DNA of 25,775 nucleotides from a virus (IMGVR_UViG_3300047159_000049), one strand, 5' to 3'; positions 1 to 9,194 are shown, counted from the first letter of the stretch. Translations and numbers: made by a program. Notes: generated by a model from the sequence alone, not told the origin.

Positions 1-1254
1 CTCAAGTTGGGCCAGAACGACTTCTGCAAAGAAGCCGCGTCCGTCATAGAGCAGCAATACGATTATTACAAGCAGATGGCCGACGAGCTCGAGAAGATCA
101 TCCCGGTGGCTACCGAGCGCCAGCTGCTCAGCTGCATGACCCCTTCCGAGAAAAAGGCATACGAAGCCGAGAAGAAGGAGTTCGGGGAATCGTACAAGCA
201 TCCGCTTCCGAAGAAGCTCAACAAGAACAGATACAGCGACGACCTCGGGTTCTATTGGAAGAAATCCCACGAATACATCGATCCGGACATCAAATGGAAA
301 GACGACCAAAGGGTGTTCGACGGATTCAAGATGACGTTCACGATCCTCAAAGAGAACCCATTGGTCCCGGGATCCAAGCTTTCCGGAAGGTACGGCAACA
401 AAGGCGTCGTCTCCCTCATAGAGGACGACGATAAGATGCCGATGACCGAAAGCGGGGTCAGGGCCGACGTATGCCTCAACAGCTTAGGGATCATCAACCG
501 CCTCAACCTGGCGCAGATCCAAGAGCAGCATATCAACTTCATGTCGGACCACGTCGTCGCGATCATGAAGTCTAAGCAGAGCCTAGGCGACAAAGCCGAC
601 GTCCTGTTCGATTACCTCCAGAACGTCAACAAGCAGGAATACGACTTCTTCTATTCCAGATACGCCACGATGAGCAGATCCGACAAAGAGGCGTTCATCG
701 CCGACATAGAAGCCAACGGAATCTTCGTGCATCAGCCCCCGTTCTTCGGGAACACCACGATGCAGCAGTTCGTCGACATATTCGAGAAGCATCCGGAATG
801 GTGCTCCAGATACAAGATGAAGGGAATCGAGAAGCCGATGGTCTTGGGCGACATGTACTTCATCCGCCTCAAGCACGAACCGGCCAACAAATCGAGCGCC
901 AGGTCCGCTTCGATCCTCAACATCCGCGACCTGCCGTCCAAATCGAACCTCAAGAAGGACAAGCGCCAGCTCATAGCCTCGACGCCGATCCGCTTGGGAG
1001 AGATGGAGACCGACAACCTGATGCTAACCAAGCGCGGCGACATAGTCGCCAAAGAGCTGAGGGAGGCTTCGTCTTCCCCGACCGACCGCGAGAGCATCAT
1101 CGAGAAGCTCCTCACTTCGGAGGACCCGATGAACGTCAGCATCGAGATGTCCGGAGAAAAGAACATCAACCGCAAGACCCTTGATAAGTACCTGGAGATC
1201 CTGGATCTGGCGATAGACGACGACGAGCCGGACGGTTCTCAAAAGAACCCTTGA
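1..1254 (+). CDS. rpoB: Phage multisubunit RNA polymerase beta subunit, C-terminal half (5'-truncated by window)
   Basis: Beta-subunit motifs GSKLSGRYGNKGVVS, DVCLNSLGIINRLN, GDMYFIRLKH and PIRLGEME; the frame is open from base 1. Flanking context is phage-like. Confidence 0.93.
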   Translation, partial: LKLGQNDFCKEAASVIEQQYDYYKQMADELEKIIPVATERQLLSCMTPSEKKAYEAEKKEFGESYKHPLPKKLNKNRYSDDLGFYWKKSHEYIDPDIKWKDDQRVFDGFKMTFTILKENPLVPGSKLSGRYGNKGVVSLIEDDDKMPMTESGVRADVCLNSLGIINRLNLAQIQEQHINFMSDHVVAIMKSKQSLGDKADVLFDYLQNVNKQEYDFFYSRYATMSRSDKEAFIADIEANGIFVHQPPFFGNTTMQQFVDIFEKHPEWCSRYKMKGIEKPMVLGDMYFIRLKHEPANKSSARSASILNIRDLPSKSNLKKDKRQLIASTPIRLGEMETDNLMLTKRGDIVAKELREASSSPTDRESIIEKLLTSEDPMNVSIEMSGEKNINRKTLDKYLEILDLAIDDDEPDGSQKNP

Positions 1255-1301
1255 TGATATATGATTCCAGTGAAGCTAGGAAGACGTTAATCCTACTAGC
1301 C

Positions 1302-1330
1302 AGCCTTGAGCCAATAACTCAAGGCTTTTT
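1302..1330 (+). terminator. Intrinsic terminator
   Basis: AGCCTTGAG-ccaataa-CTCAAGGCT followed by TTTT, after the RNAP gene. Confidence 0.8.
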
Positions 1331-1384
1331 AAATGTATACGAAACAGTTAGGGAAATTATTTATTTTTCCCGGAAGGACAAGTC

Positions 1385-2054
1385 ATGAAGACACAGAACA
1401 ACCAGCCAAGCCAGTTAAGCGGCGTGAACTGGAAGTCAGTCAAAGAATGCATGCATAGCCTTGCTCGATATGAGCATGCGTCGTTTAACGGCGTGAAGTA
1501 CGATCTGTCTAACGGCGTGGCATACGAATGCCATGGGTACAATCTCATGGATCTGGTCAGTCATCGTCACCGTCTCAACAGCTCTCAGAGCACTGGCAAA
1601 TGGGATCACTTTCCTCGTGAGCACCAACAAATACAGAGTGTTTGAATTCAGGGAATCCGGAAGCACGGGAAGGCGTGAAACCGGAAGATTCCTCGTCCTA
1701 ATGTATTGCCTTGGCAAGAACTACGCCATTCTGGCCACGATGAACCATACTGAGATAACGATAGGCAACAAGATATCGGAGCATGTGACGTACGCCCCGA
1801 TCGGCAGATACGTGTTCTCGTCATGCAGCGGCGATCCTAACAGCGTCGATAACATCACCAAAGAGCTGCATGGCTGCGATTGCTGCTATGGCTACAATGA
1901 CTATGGCTGCGGATTCGATGTCTATGAGAATGCCAGAAAGAAAGCGTATGGCCTTAAGCCATCCGAATTCTGCACTCCCAGGACGAAGCCGAAGCCGACT
2001 ATGACATCGTCGAATACTAAATCCGCGAATCCGTTTAAGACAAAGCGGAAATGA
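1385..2054 (+). CDS. Hypothetical protein with Cys-rich C-terminal part (apparent frameshift ~1545-1560)
   Basis: RBS GGAAGGA before ATG 1385. ORF 1385-1645 and ORF 1533-2054 overlap and the coding-like codon usage switches frame near 1550. Contains HGCDCCYGYNDYGCGF. Confidence 0.6.
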
Positions 2055-2079
2055 TCCGCTAGAAAGAAGGACATGTATC

Positions 2080-3506
2080 ATGTCAGTTCAAGAATCATCC
2101 AATCCTGCAGTTGAAGGAAGCGATACGATCTGCTTCCTTGGAGACAGCATCACAGGCGGCCTCAAATCAATAGTATTCTCCAAGCAGGCAAATCGGGTCT
2201 ATTTTCAAGGCGTTGAATCAGCGAAAGCCATGACTCCGTCTGAGCTTGAGTCAATCAATTCAGGCATCATGGTCGATAATCGCAAAGACTTCATGCTGAA
2301 ATGCGAGAAGATCTTCAATTGCCAATATGATCAGTTTTTTCCAATCGTTTATGTGCGGAAGGTACTTCCTGCTTATCAACGGAAGCAACGAGGCGGTTTG
2401 CCTATACAAAACCGAGAATGACGACGTCGCCAAAGAGCTTTGCGGAATCATGGGATTAAGCAAGCGCGAATCCGACGCATTGATCGCCGCGCATGATCAG
2501 CTTGGCCTAAAATCATGCGAAGAAAATCTGTCATACTACGAAAGGAAAGTCGAATCCCGCGGCACTTAAGAGGGCAGTTCTTCTTCATGCCTCAGATCGT
2601 ATCGGTCTTTCTTGCGTATGCGGATCTCGTCAATAAGAAAGAAATCATTTACAGGCAGTATCAGATCAAGAAGCCGAATGGCAAGACAAGAGACATCGTC
2701 GCTCCGCATGAGGAAATCAAAGTTCCTCTTCAGGATCTGAATAAGGTGTTTCAGCGCATCTTCGACAAGACCAACTCCAGCTTCCAGGTAGCGTACAAAG
2801 AGAACAAGAGCATCGTGGACAACGTCGACCCTCATAAGGATAACGACTTCGTCTTCAAGCTTGATTTCCATCACTTCTTCCAAAGCTGCAAGCGTCAGCT
2901 CGTCAGCGACAAGATCAAGTTTCTGTTCGCCAACGCGCCTGATCCTGAAAGAGCCCTAAACAGATTCCTCGATATGATTCTGATCGATGACGCGCTTTTC
3001 ATCGGGTCTCCGATCTCTGGCACTTTGGCCAACGCCATCATCGCCAAGCCGGTCGCCTATATGCGCAATATGTGCGCCAAATGCGGAATGGCCTTCACGG
3101 TCTATGCCGACGACATGACGATGAGCTCCTATAAGTTCATCGTTCCTGACGTCGCGCTCAAGATCTTCCAGAAGGCGTTCATCGTATGCGGATTGGAAAG
3201 CTACTTCACCCTCAATATGGATAAGGTCTATGGATGCACGAAAGACAAGCGTCATGTGACTGGGCTGTCTATCAACGACAAGAACCAGATCACTTGCAAG
3301 CGATCGCTTTACGAAAGCATCCGCCAGAAGGTTTATCTGCTATCCAAAGATCGCAAGATCGAAGGAACGATCGATCAGCTGGCTGGCCAAATCGCATATG
3401 CCGGAAATGTCGATAAGTCAGCAAGATCGAGCGTCTTCTGAAGAAATATCCTGACGTTATGACAAGATACAACTTCAAGATGCCCGAAGCCAAACCCTCC
3501 AAGTGA
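2080..3506 (+). CDS. Retron-like reverse transcriptase with long N-terminal extension (reconstructed ~475 aa across 3 apparent indels)
   Basis: RT core 2650-3420: IKKPNGKTRDIVAP, NVDPH (region X NAxxH-like, 2821-2835), KLDFHHFFQS, GSPISGTLAN, YADD (3103-3114), VTGL (region Y, 3256-3267). The only strong RBS (AGAAAGAAGG) precedes ATG 2080. Frames join via an extra T at 2335-2340, a missing base ~2550 and a missing base ~3420 (continuing KIERLLKKYPDVMTRYNFKMPEAKPSK-stop 3506). The RT call is firm; the N-terminal fusion is inferred. Confidence 0.88.
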
Positions 3507-3524
3507 ATTTCTAAAGACAGCCTC

Positions 3525-3553
3525 TTGCATTCAGCTCGCATGACCGCTATAAT
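3525..3553 (+). promoter_or_regulatory. sigma70/sigmaA-type promoter upstream of RNAP beta N-terminal gene
   Basis: TTGCAT-N17-TATAAT, embedded in the inverted repeat 3516-3578. Confidence 0.65.
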
Positions 3554-3599
3554 TTATGCGTACTGAAAAGAGGCTGTCAAGCCACTTGGGAGCTATTAA

Positions 3600-5185
3600 A
3601 TGCAAAATCTTCTAGCAGCGTATTCTGATTCAAACCCAGAGAGATTCAACCACGATTTTATTTTATCTCGTTCAAAGGATGAGAACGTCGTGTATATCGA
3701 GGACATCTTCAAGTCCCTCGAGATTCTCCCTGAGATCAAAGTCCGATCCGTCACGCTGGAAACCGACGAAGAGTCATTCGGACCTATCCGATCTCAAGGG
3801 CATTATTACAAGCCTATCACCGAGAGCCGATTCGATCGCATCTCACTACATCGTCGACATCAAAGGCCGCGACAAGCCTATCGACAGATTCATCTTCGTC
3901 AACAAGCTTTTGGACGATTGCTTCTATGAGAACGAATCAGTCAGATTCTTCCCGATCTATCAGATCGTCGACAATCTTTCCTACAGCACCGAAAACGGCG
4001 TGTCGATCAAATCGCTGCTCATGCCTATCACCCTCATCTTCGATGGGATGATGGATGCCAAAGCCGAGATGACCGGAACCGTGGTCGAGCGCATACCCGT
4101 GTATGACGCGCTGCTGTTCTCAAAGAGAGTCTCTCCGCTATATTACTTCATGACGAGATACGCGTTGGAGTCGCTTGACGCCAAAGGCATCTCGGCATTC
4201 GATGACTTCGCGGTGTTCGAAGCCTATAAGGATCCGAGCATCATCAAGAAGATGACGGACTTCTTGGGTGTCGACTTCAAATTCGGTCCAACCGCCGAAT
4301 CCGTGATGGGCGACGGACGAGAGGTGTTCTGCCTGAGATCAGACAAGAAAGACGGAGTGTTCTTATCGGTGAAAGCGTCAGACCTGTCCGATCAGAAAAC
4401 CAAGATCGTTCTTGGCATGATCCTCGGCTCGAAGTCCGACGTCAAGAAAAAGAAACTGTTCTTCACTTATGACGATATGACCTCTCCGTGGTTCTGGGTT
4501 GACAAGACCGCCGGCTTCTTCAGCAAACTTACCGATGCGTTCAAACGCTTCGAGAAAGTCAAAGCGGTTTATGTCTCGCTCGGAAGATTGATCGACTCCG
4601 CCACTCAGAGGACGATGCCGATCGCGGAAGAAGACAAGAAAGACATATTCTGCATCATCAGATATCTCATGTTCAACTTCCAGACGCTGTTCAACAGCGA
4701 CTCTCAGAATCTCGACAACAAGAGAATCCGTCTGTATGAGTACATCTTCTATCCGCTGAGATCCTACTTCAGCCAACAGATCTTCAAGGTCATCAACCAG
4801 CCTACCCGCAACGTTCAGACATTGGAGAAGATCTTCTCTGGCCTGACGCCGATGTTCATCATCAAGAAGCTGGTCACCGGAGAATTGCTGCGATACTACA
4901 ACGCCACCAACGAGATGAATCTGTTCAGCGCGTTCCTGAAAGTGACGTTCAGAGGCCCGCAGGCTCTAAGCAAGAGCGTGTCCGATCACCCAGCGAGACC
5001 TTCATCCGAGCTACACAGGAAGATTGTCTCTGGTCAACGCTTCGGCTGGAGATCCTGGGACAAGCTCGGTGATGACCCCGTTCGTGACCATTCACGAAGG
5101 CGGATACTTCTCCGAGCAGCCTGAGATCCTAAAGGAGCAAGCCGAAGCCGCCAAGGCCAAGGCCGATCAGGAAAATAAAAAATAA
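3600..5185 (+). CDS. rpoB: Phage multisubunit RNA polymerase beta subunit, N-terminal half (two apparent frameshifts ~3840 and ~4984)
   Basis: The N-terminus and FIFVNKLLDD..FFPIYQIVD..SIKSLLMPITL resemble my recollection of the AR9-type non-virion RNAP beta-N subunit. The shifted C-terminal frame reads QRDLHPSYTGRLSLVNASAGDPG, matching the RpoB RDVHPSHYGRIC motif, and ends at TAA 5183-5185. Confidence 0.82.
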
Positions 5186-5203
5186 TTCCGCGCTTAAACG
5201 CAA

Positions 5204-5233
5204 GTCCAGATGGCGAAAGCCGTCTGGATTTTT
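5204..5233 (+). terminator. Intrinsic terminator
   Basis: TCCAGATGGC-GAAA-GCCGTCTGGA followed by TTTTT. Confidence 0.85.
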
Positions 5234-5254
5234 GCTAGAAAGGAAACCGCGATT

Positions 5255-6142
5255 ATGCGCAAATGCGACGTCACGATGAAAGATATCGTGAACATGAGAT
5301 ACGACGACGTGCTAGGATTGCCGAGATTGATCAAAAGAATATCATGCGAGATCCCGGCGGACGCAGCATGATCGCCTCAACCGGATTCGAATTCGGCCAT
5401 CAATTCACTTATGGGAACTCTCGGACGATGACGCCATCAATCTATACAACATTGACGACAATGGCGACAAATCAGGCGACAAGCATATTCGTTGGAGGGT
5501 GTTTTCCCCAAGGGAACCGTTAGAAAAGCCTATTACATCCCATATTACAAAGACGGATGCTTCGTTCGCGGCCAAGTGATCATGTACGGACGAGACAGCA
5601 AAATAAACCGAGACCGGATCCTTGGATGCTCAGAATCATCGATAGACCGATCGACAAGATTCTCATTCTATCCTATGCAGGAAAAGCAAATCTATTCGAT
5701 CGTGTCTAAATTTATAGCTTCAAATAGCATTCTTTTCGATATCGTAAAATTCAGCAGCTTCACAGTCGTAGACTCCAAGAGCAAACCCTGGGGATACAAG
5801 AACCCTCACATATTCAGGTTCATGAAAGGGATGCGGGACCAGATCGTCATTGTTTTGACGACCGAGTATTCCAATATCTCTAACACCGCCGCATATGGCC
5901 TTCCTGATTACCCAAAGACATTCAGTCTGTCTCTGATGTATAAGAAAGACGACTCGGATCCAGCGTTCGTAAGCTGCGCCTACCGAAAGCCAGACATCGA
6001 TGAGATGTCCAAGGTTCAAAGGAAATACCTCGATAACTATTGGAGCCAGTACTTCGCCGGGTATCTTTGTCTGCTCGACCAATCAGATCTGCTCGAATAC
6101 AATATCAAGCTAGCTGTTCAAGTCAATAACCGAAAACGATGA
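5255..6142 (+). CDS. Hypothetical protein (5' part broken by apparent indels; intact ORF 5492-6142)
   Basis: RBS AGAAAGGA before ATG 5255; coding-like segments in different frames lead into ORF 5492-6142. Confidence 0.6.
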
Positions 6143-6272
6143 CTCCTTCGCTTATATCGACGAAGCGTTGGTGTATTTGGAATTGGCTGGGCTCGCCCCT
6201 CATCAATCAGATGATCCGTCTAAGCGCATGACTGAGCTTACGGAAAACAGAACATGTGAGAAAGGAATCCTT

Positions 6273-6425
6273 ATGCTGACAAGAGAAACAAAAGACGCTA
6301 ACGACAAACCAAAACGCGACTGGCTGGAAATAGCCGAGATCGTTCTTATGATGGCCGCATGCGCCGTGATGGCAGTCGCATGCGTCGCATTCGGATATGT
6401 CATCGTGAAAGGGGTGATGTCTTGA
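6273..6425 (+). CDS. Small single-TM membrane protein
   Basis: RBS AGAAAGGA, ATG 6273, hydrophobic stretch IAEIVLMMAACAVMAVACVAFGYVIV. Confidence 0.7.
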   Translation: MLTRETKDANDKPKRDWLEIAEIVLMMAACAVMAVACVAFGYVIVKGVMS

Positions 6426-7015
6426 TGCGGCGCTCTAGCATTCTATATCTGTCGAAGATAGCCCCAGACAACGGAAAGCGGTATTCCGCTTACTGCAAGC
6501 ACATCGACTACATCAGCCAATGGTGCTTTTACACCGCTTACGGAGACCTGGTGCAAGACGATGGCGATACCGGCAAGACCGTTGAGAAATTCGTCAAAGG
6601 CATCAACGAATACGCCGGGATGTCTCCTAACAGCCAAGACCGAGCAGTCCTAGTCGGAGGGGTTGGCCATCCTCCGTACTATATCTGTATCTCGGCCAGA
6701 TTCATCGATGCCTATCTGGACGCCAGATATCAGGAGATTCAGAGAATATTCAGATCGTTGACAAGCAAACAGTACATCAAGGGCTCAGCCAATTTCGACA
6801 AACTGGTTGATTATCTGAAATGCACAGGAGGAATCCATATTTTCGAGATCCAATCTGACGAGCCTAACTACAAGACCGCCATGGATTATACGTTTGAAGA
6901 GTTCCTCAGATTGTTGCGATCGGATATCTATTACCATCGCGGATCCAATACGAAAACGGTGCCAAACGAAAGCATCAATCTGTATGTGTACGGATCAGCC
7001 TTTTATACCTATTGA
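6425..7015 (+). CDS. Hypothetical protein
   Basis: TGATG stop/start overlap with the upstream gene; ~196 aa ORF. Confidence 0.75.
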   Translation: MRRSSILYLSKIAPDNGKRYSAYCKHIDYISQWCFYTAYGDLVQDDGDTGKTVEKFVKGINEYAGMSPNSQDRAVLVGGVGHPPYYICISARFIDAYLDARYQEIQRIFRSLTSKQYIKGSANFDKLVDYLKCTGGIHIFEIQSDEPNYKTAMDYTFEEFLRLLRSDIYYHRGSNTKTVPNESINLYVYGSAFYTY

Positions 7016-7029
7016 AAGGAGATATTATC

Positions 7030-7716
7030 ATGAATCCTAGTCTATTGAAAGATCTTGATCCTGGGTCATTTCTCAAGATCAAGAAGCTATACGTCACCTG
7101 CGTGTCATCCGGAGAGGATCTCATGCAGCCGGCATTGCTTGAGCCAGGAATCAAGCTTCCGATTCCGAAGTATCTCATAAACAAAGCCATTTCGGCCGAC
7201 ATCAGATACAACCGCAAATCATCGGCAGTGGTGTCATTCATGATGCCGGAAGGGCGCAACATCTGCGTCTATTACTCCGTCACAGATGGCAAAGGCCGTC
7301 TTGCCAGCGTGGACGTCGGAACCGACGGGATGTACTATGAGATTAAGAAATGCATCGTCGACACTCTGACGAACAGAGGCTTCTTCAATTTCACGGAGGC
7401 GTCCAGGCCATTCACCAGCTGCTACGTGTATACGACAAAGCTCATCCGAGAGTCTCTTATCCGAAACGGAACCGTGACTCCGTGGATAGAGAAAGTCAAA
7501 GAAAGATATGCCTGCAGCAGGGAGCCTGAGATCCATTTTGGCTGGAAGTATTCCGATGGCCGCAACGTCGGCCCTCATGAGCAAAAGAACTCATATATGT
7601 ACAGCAACTTCATCACGGTGTACGGCGAAGAAAGTATCAAGAACGCGGTAAACGCTTTCAAGGATTTAGTTCCAAAAGAGGTTTACGACTCTATGTACCT
7701 AAACGCCAGCATCTGA
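7030..7716 (+). CDS. Hypothetical protein
   Basis: RBS GAAAGGAG then ATG 7030; long ORF followed by a terminator. Confidence 0.8.
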   Translation: MNPSLLKDLDPGSFLKIKKLYVTCVSSGEDLMQPALLEPGIKLPIPKYLINKAISADIRYNRKSSAVVSFMMPEGRNICVYYSVTDGKGRLASVDVGTDGMYYEIKKCIVDTLTNRGFFNFTEASRPFTSCYVYTTKLIRESLIRNGTVTPWIEKVKERYACSREPEIHFGWKYSDGRNVGPHEQKNSYMYSNFITVYGEESIKNAVNAFKDLVPKEVYDSMYLNASI

Positions 7717-7720
7717 AACG

Positions 7721-7762
7721 ATCCGGAAGCCCGACAGCATCGGCCTTCCGGATTATTTTTTT
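7721..7762 (+). terminator. Intrinsic terminator
   Basis: ATCCGGAAG..CTTCCGGAT hairpin followed by a T-rich tract. Confidence 0.8.
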
Positions 7763-7790
7763 ATTTCCCGAATCGCCGAACAAATAATTT

Positions 7791-8027
7791 GTGCAGATAT
7801 GGCGTTACTATAGTGGTCACTTCGACGAATACCATCTGGCAAGCATTCCTTGGTCTGATGGCGCCGCCGTTTACCTCCCTAAGATCGATTTCGTCAACGC
7901 CAACTCTCCAAGCACATACTCGGCATTCGTCAAGATGAGCAAAGCCATGTGCGACAATTACATCACCTTCAATTTCAACGGAACTAGCGTATACGCGCTC
8001 ACGCAAGCCGGCGTAAAACTCGTGTAA
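7791..8027 (+). CDS. Possible small hypothetical protein
   Basis: 78-aa ORF with coding-like codon usage but a GTG start and no clear RBS. Confidence 0.4.
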   Translation: MQIWRYYSGHFDEYHLASIPWSDGAAVYLPKIDFVNANSPSTYSAFVKMSKAMCDNYITFNFNGTSVYALTQAGVKLV

Positions 8028-8144
8028 CCGTTTTCTGAAAACACTTACATACTGTCAGCTGCCTTGATAACGCCCTATATTGTAATGTCCGGATAACCAA
8101 TCCGGGCCAATTACAATATAGCCATTATCGAGAGGTTAACACAA

Positions 8145-8381
8145 ATGCTAGATGTAAAGTATTATGAATTAAAAGGCGTCGTTCATGGAGACGGATTCGT
8201 CGACAAGACGAAATACGTCACCAGAACGATGGCCGACAACCAGGTTGAGAAGCTTCTCTACAGAAACAATCTCCAGGTTGAAGACGTCATTCAGGTCAGC
8301 AAGCATGTCAAAGAGTACTACTGCGGCGACAAGTCAGCGTTCTGGGTCAGTCGGGTCGTGAAGCATTATGACTCCATCTGA
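8145..8381 (+). CDS. Hypothetical protein
   Basis: RBS GAGAGG, ATG, 78 aa. Confidence 0.7.
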   Translation: MLDVKYYELKGVVHGDGFVDKTKYVTRTMADNQVEKLLYRNNLQVEDVIQVSKHVKEYYCGDKSAFWVSRVVKHYDSI

Positions 8382-8577
8382 CGATGAGATGATGCTTGCC
8401 GAATTCCTGGCCGGGACTGATCGCTGGGCGGCGATGTTCCCGGACGAGAGGAAGCAAGCGGCAGAATCTGCGAAAGATCTTGCCAGCAGATTAGGCTCTA
8501 CGCCAGAAACCATATTCGATGGGACTCCGACCAAGAAGTTCTACGAGCGGTTTCTAAAGACCGGAAAGACTCTTTGA
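8368..8577 (+). CDS. Hypothetical protein
   Basis: 69-aa ORF overlapping the upstream stop, followed by a terminator. Confidence 0.6.
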   Translation: MTPSDDEMMLAEFLAGTDRWAAMFPDERKQAAESAKDLASRLGSTPETIFDGTPTKKFYERFLKTGKTL

Positions 8578-8582
8578 GAATA

Positions 8583-8612
8583 GAAGCGACAGCGATGCCG
8601 CTTCTTTTTTTT
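8583..8612 (+). terminator. Intrinsic terminator
   Basis: GAAGCG..CGCTTC followed by a long T run. Confidence 0.75.
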
Positions 8613-8623
8613 GAAACTAACGC

Positions 8624-8652
8624 TTGACCCTGAAGCCATATGCACCTATAAT
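8624..8652 (+). promoter_or_regulatory. sigma70/sigmaA-type promoter for the ncRNA/tRNA cluster
   Basis: TTGACC-N17-TATAAT. Confidence 0.8.
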
Positions 8653-9005
8653 AGTCTCAGATATCGAAATCGGTATCAGGAGAACCTTATGAAATTATCA
8701 GTCATGTCAAACGAAACGATTAAGCTTAGCAATGAGCTTAGTTTTGGCATGCCGGAGAATAAGGCGTCCTCGTATACCGATAGGCATTGTGATTGGCAGC
8801 GCGCATCAGTCGGCCCAAAGACCGCGGATAGATCCGTAACCAAATACGATTGCCTAATCGCTGATCAAAGCTCTTCGCAAGCGACATTGCGGTAAGCCCT
8901 GACTCCGATAATCAGTAAGCAATCGCGGACTCTAGCCCGCGGGGTATAAATACACAAGGCTGATCAGATTCAGTCTGCCAGCAAGGAATCCTTTTCCTTA
9001 GCCGG
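8653..9005 (+). ncRNA. Candidate ~350-nt structured non-coding RNA of unknown family
   Basis: Long-range helices ATCGGTAT/ATACCGAT (8669/8774), TGGCAG/CTGCCA (8794/8975), ACCGC/GCGGT (8821/8890); TTAAGCTTA-GCAA-TGAGCTTAG GNRA hairpin; lies between a promoter and the first tRNA. Confidence 0.55.
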
Positions 9006-9026
9006 AAAATAAAAATTATTTCTCGT

Positions 9027-9101
9027 GGTTCGTTGGCGAAACGGGAACGCATCAGGTCGCAACCCTGACACGACTCCGCTCGACACGGAGACGAACCTCC
9101 A
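9027..9101 (+). tRNA. tRNA-Cys(GCA)
   Basis: Cloverleaf, GGTTCGT/ACGAACC acceptor, U73, CCA; C33; T-loop CTCGACA. Confidence 0.9.
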
Positions 9102-9105
9102 ATAT

Positions 9106-9188
9106 GCCCACTTGGTCCAGTGGCAACGACGGCTGACTGTAAATCAGCTCCTTCGGGTTCGGTGGTTCGAGTCCATCAGTGGGCACCA
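9106..9188 (+). tRNA. tRNA-Tyr(GTA)
   Basis: Cloverleaf, long variable arm, TTCGAGT, CCA. Confidence 0.95.
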
Positions 9189-9194
9189 ATATAT

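Noticed and set aside
1410-1682. Repeated (AA)CGGCGTG(AA) words upstream of the RT as a CRISPR-like or repeat array
   Set aside because: Only 3-4 short copies with irregular spacing (~1419, 1487, 1511, 1672). They fall in a coding frame (SGV/NGV/NGV), and the region has an RBS and coding-like codon bias. I found no regularly spaced repeat array near the RT.
2080-3506. DGR or group II intron RT
   Set aside because: No TR/VR repeat pair or Avd-like gene noticed, no DGR-type SQ motif, no maturase/HNH C-terminus and no intron domain V/VI. The VTG and NxxxH motifs point to the retron-like class.
3516-3578. Canonical retron msr-msd
   Set aside because: Only 41 nt lie between the arms and the element is downstream of the RT. 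That is too small for msr plus msd as in known retrons, so it is kept only as an unexplained hairpin.
8611-8895. Protein-coding ORF in the leader of the tRNA array
   Set aside because: It spans the promoter, its codon usage is unlike neighbouring genes, and the region folds into many helices including a GNRA hairpin. An AGGAG before ATG 8689 means a short peptide is not fully excluded.
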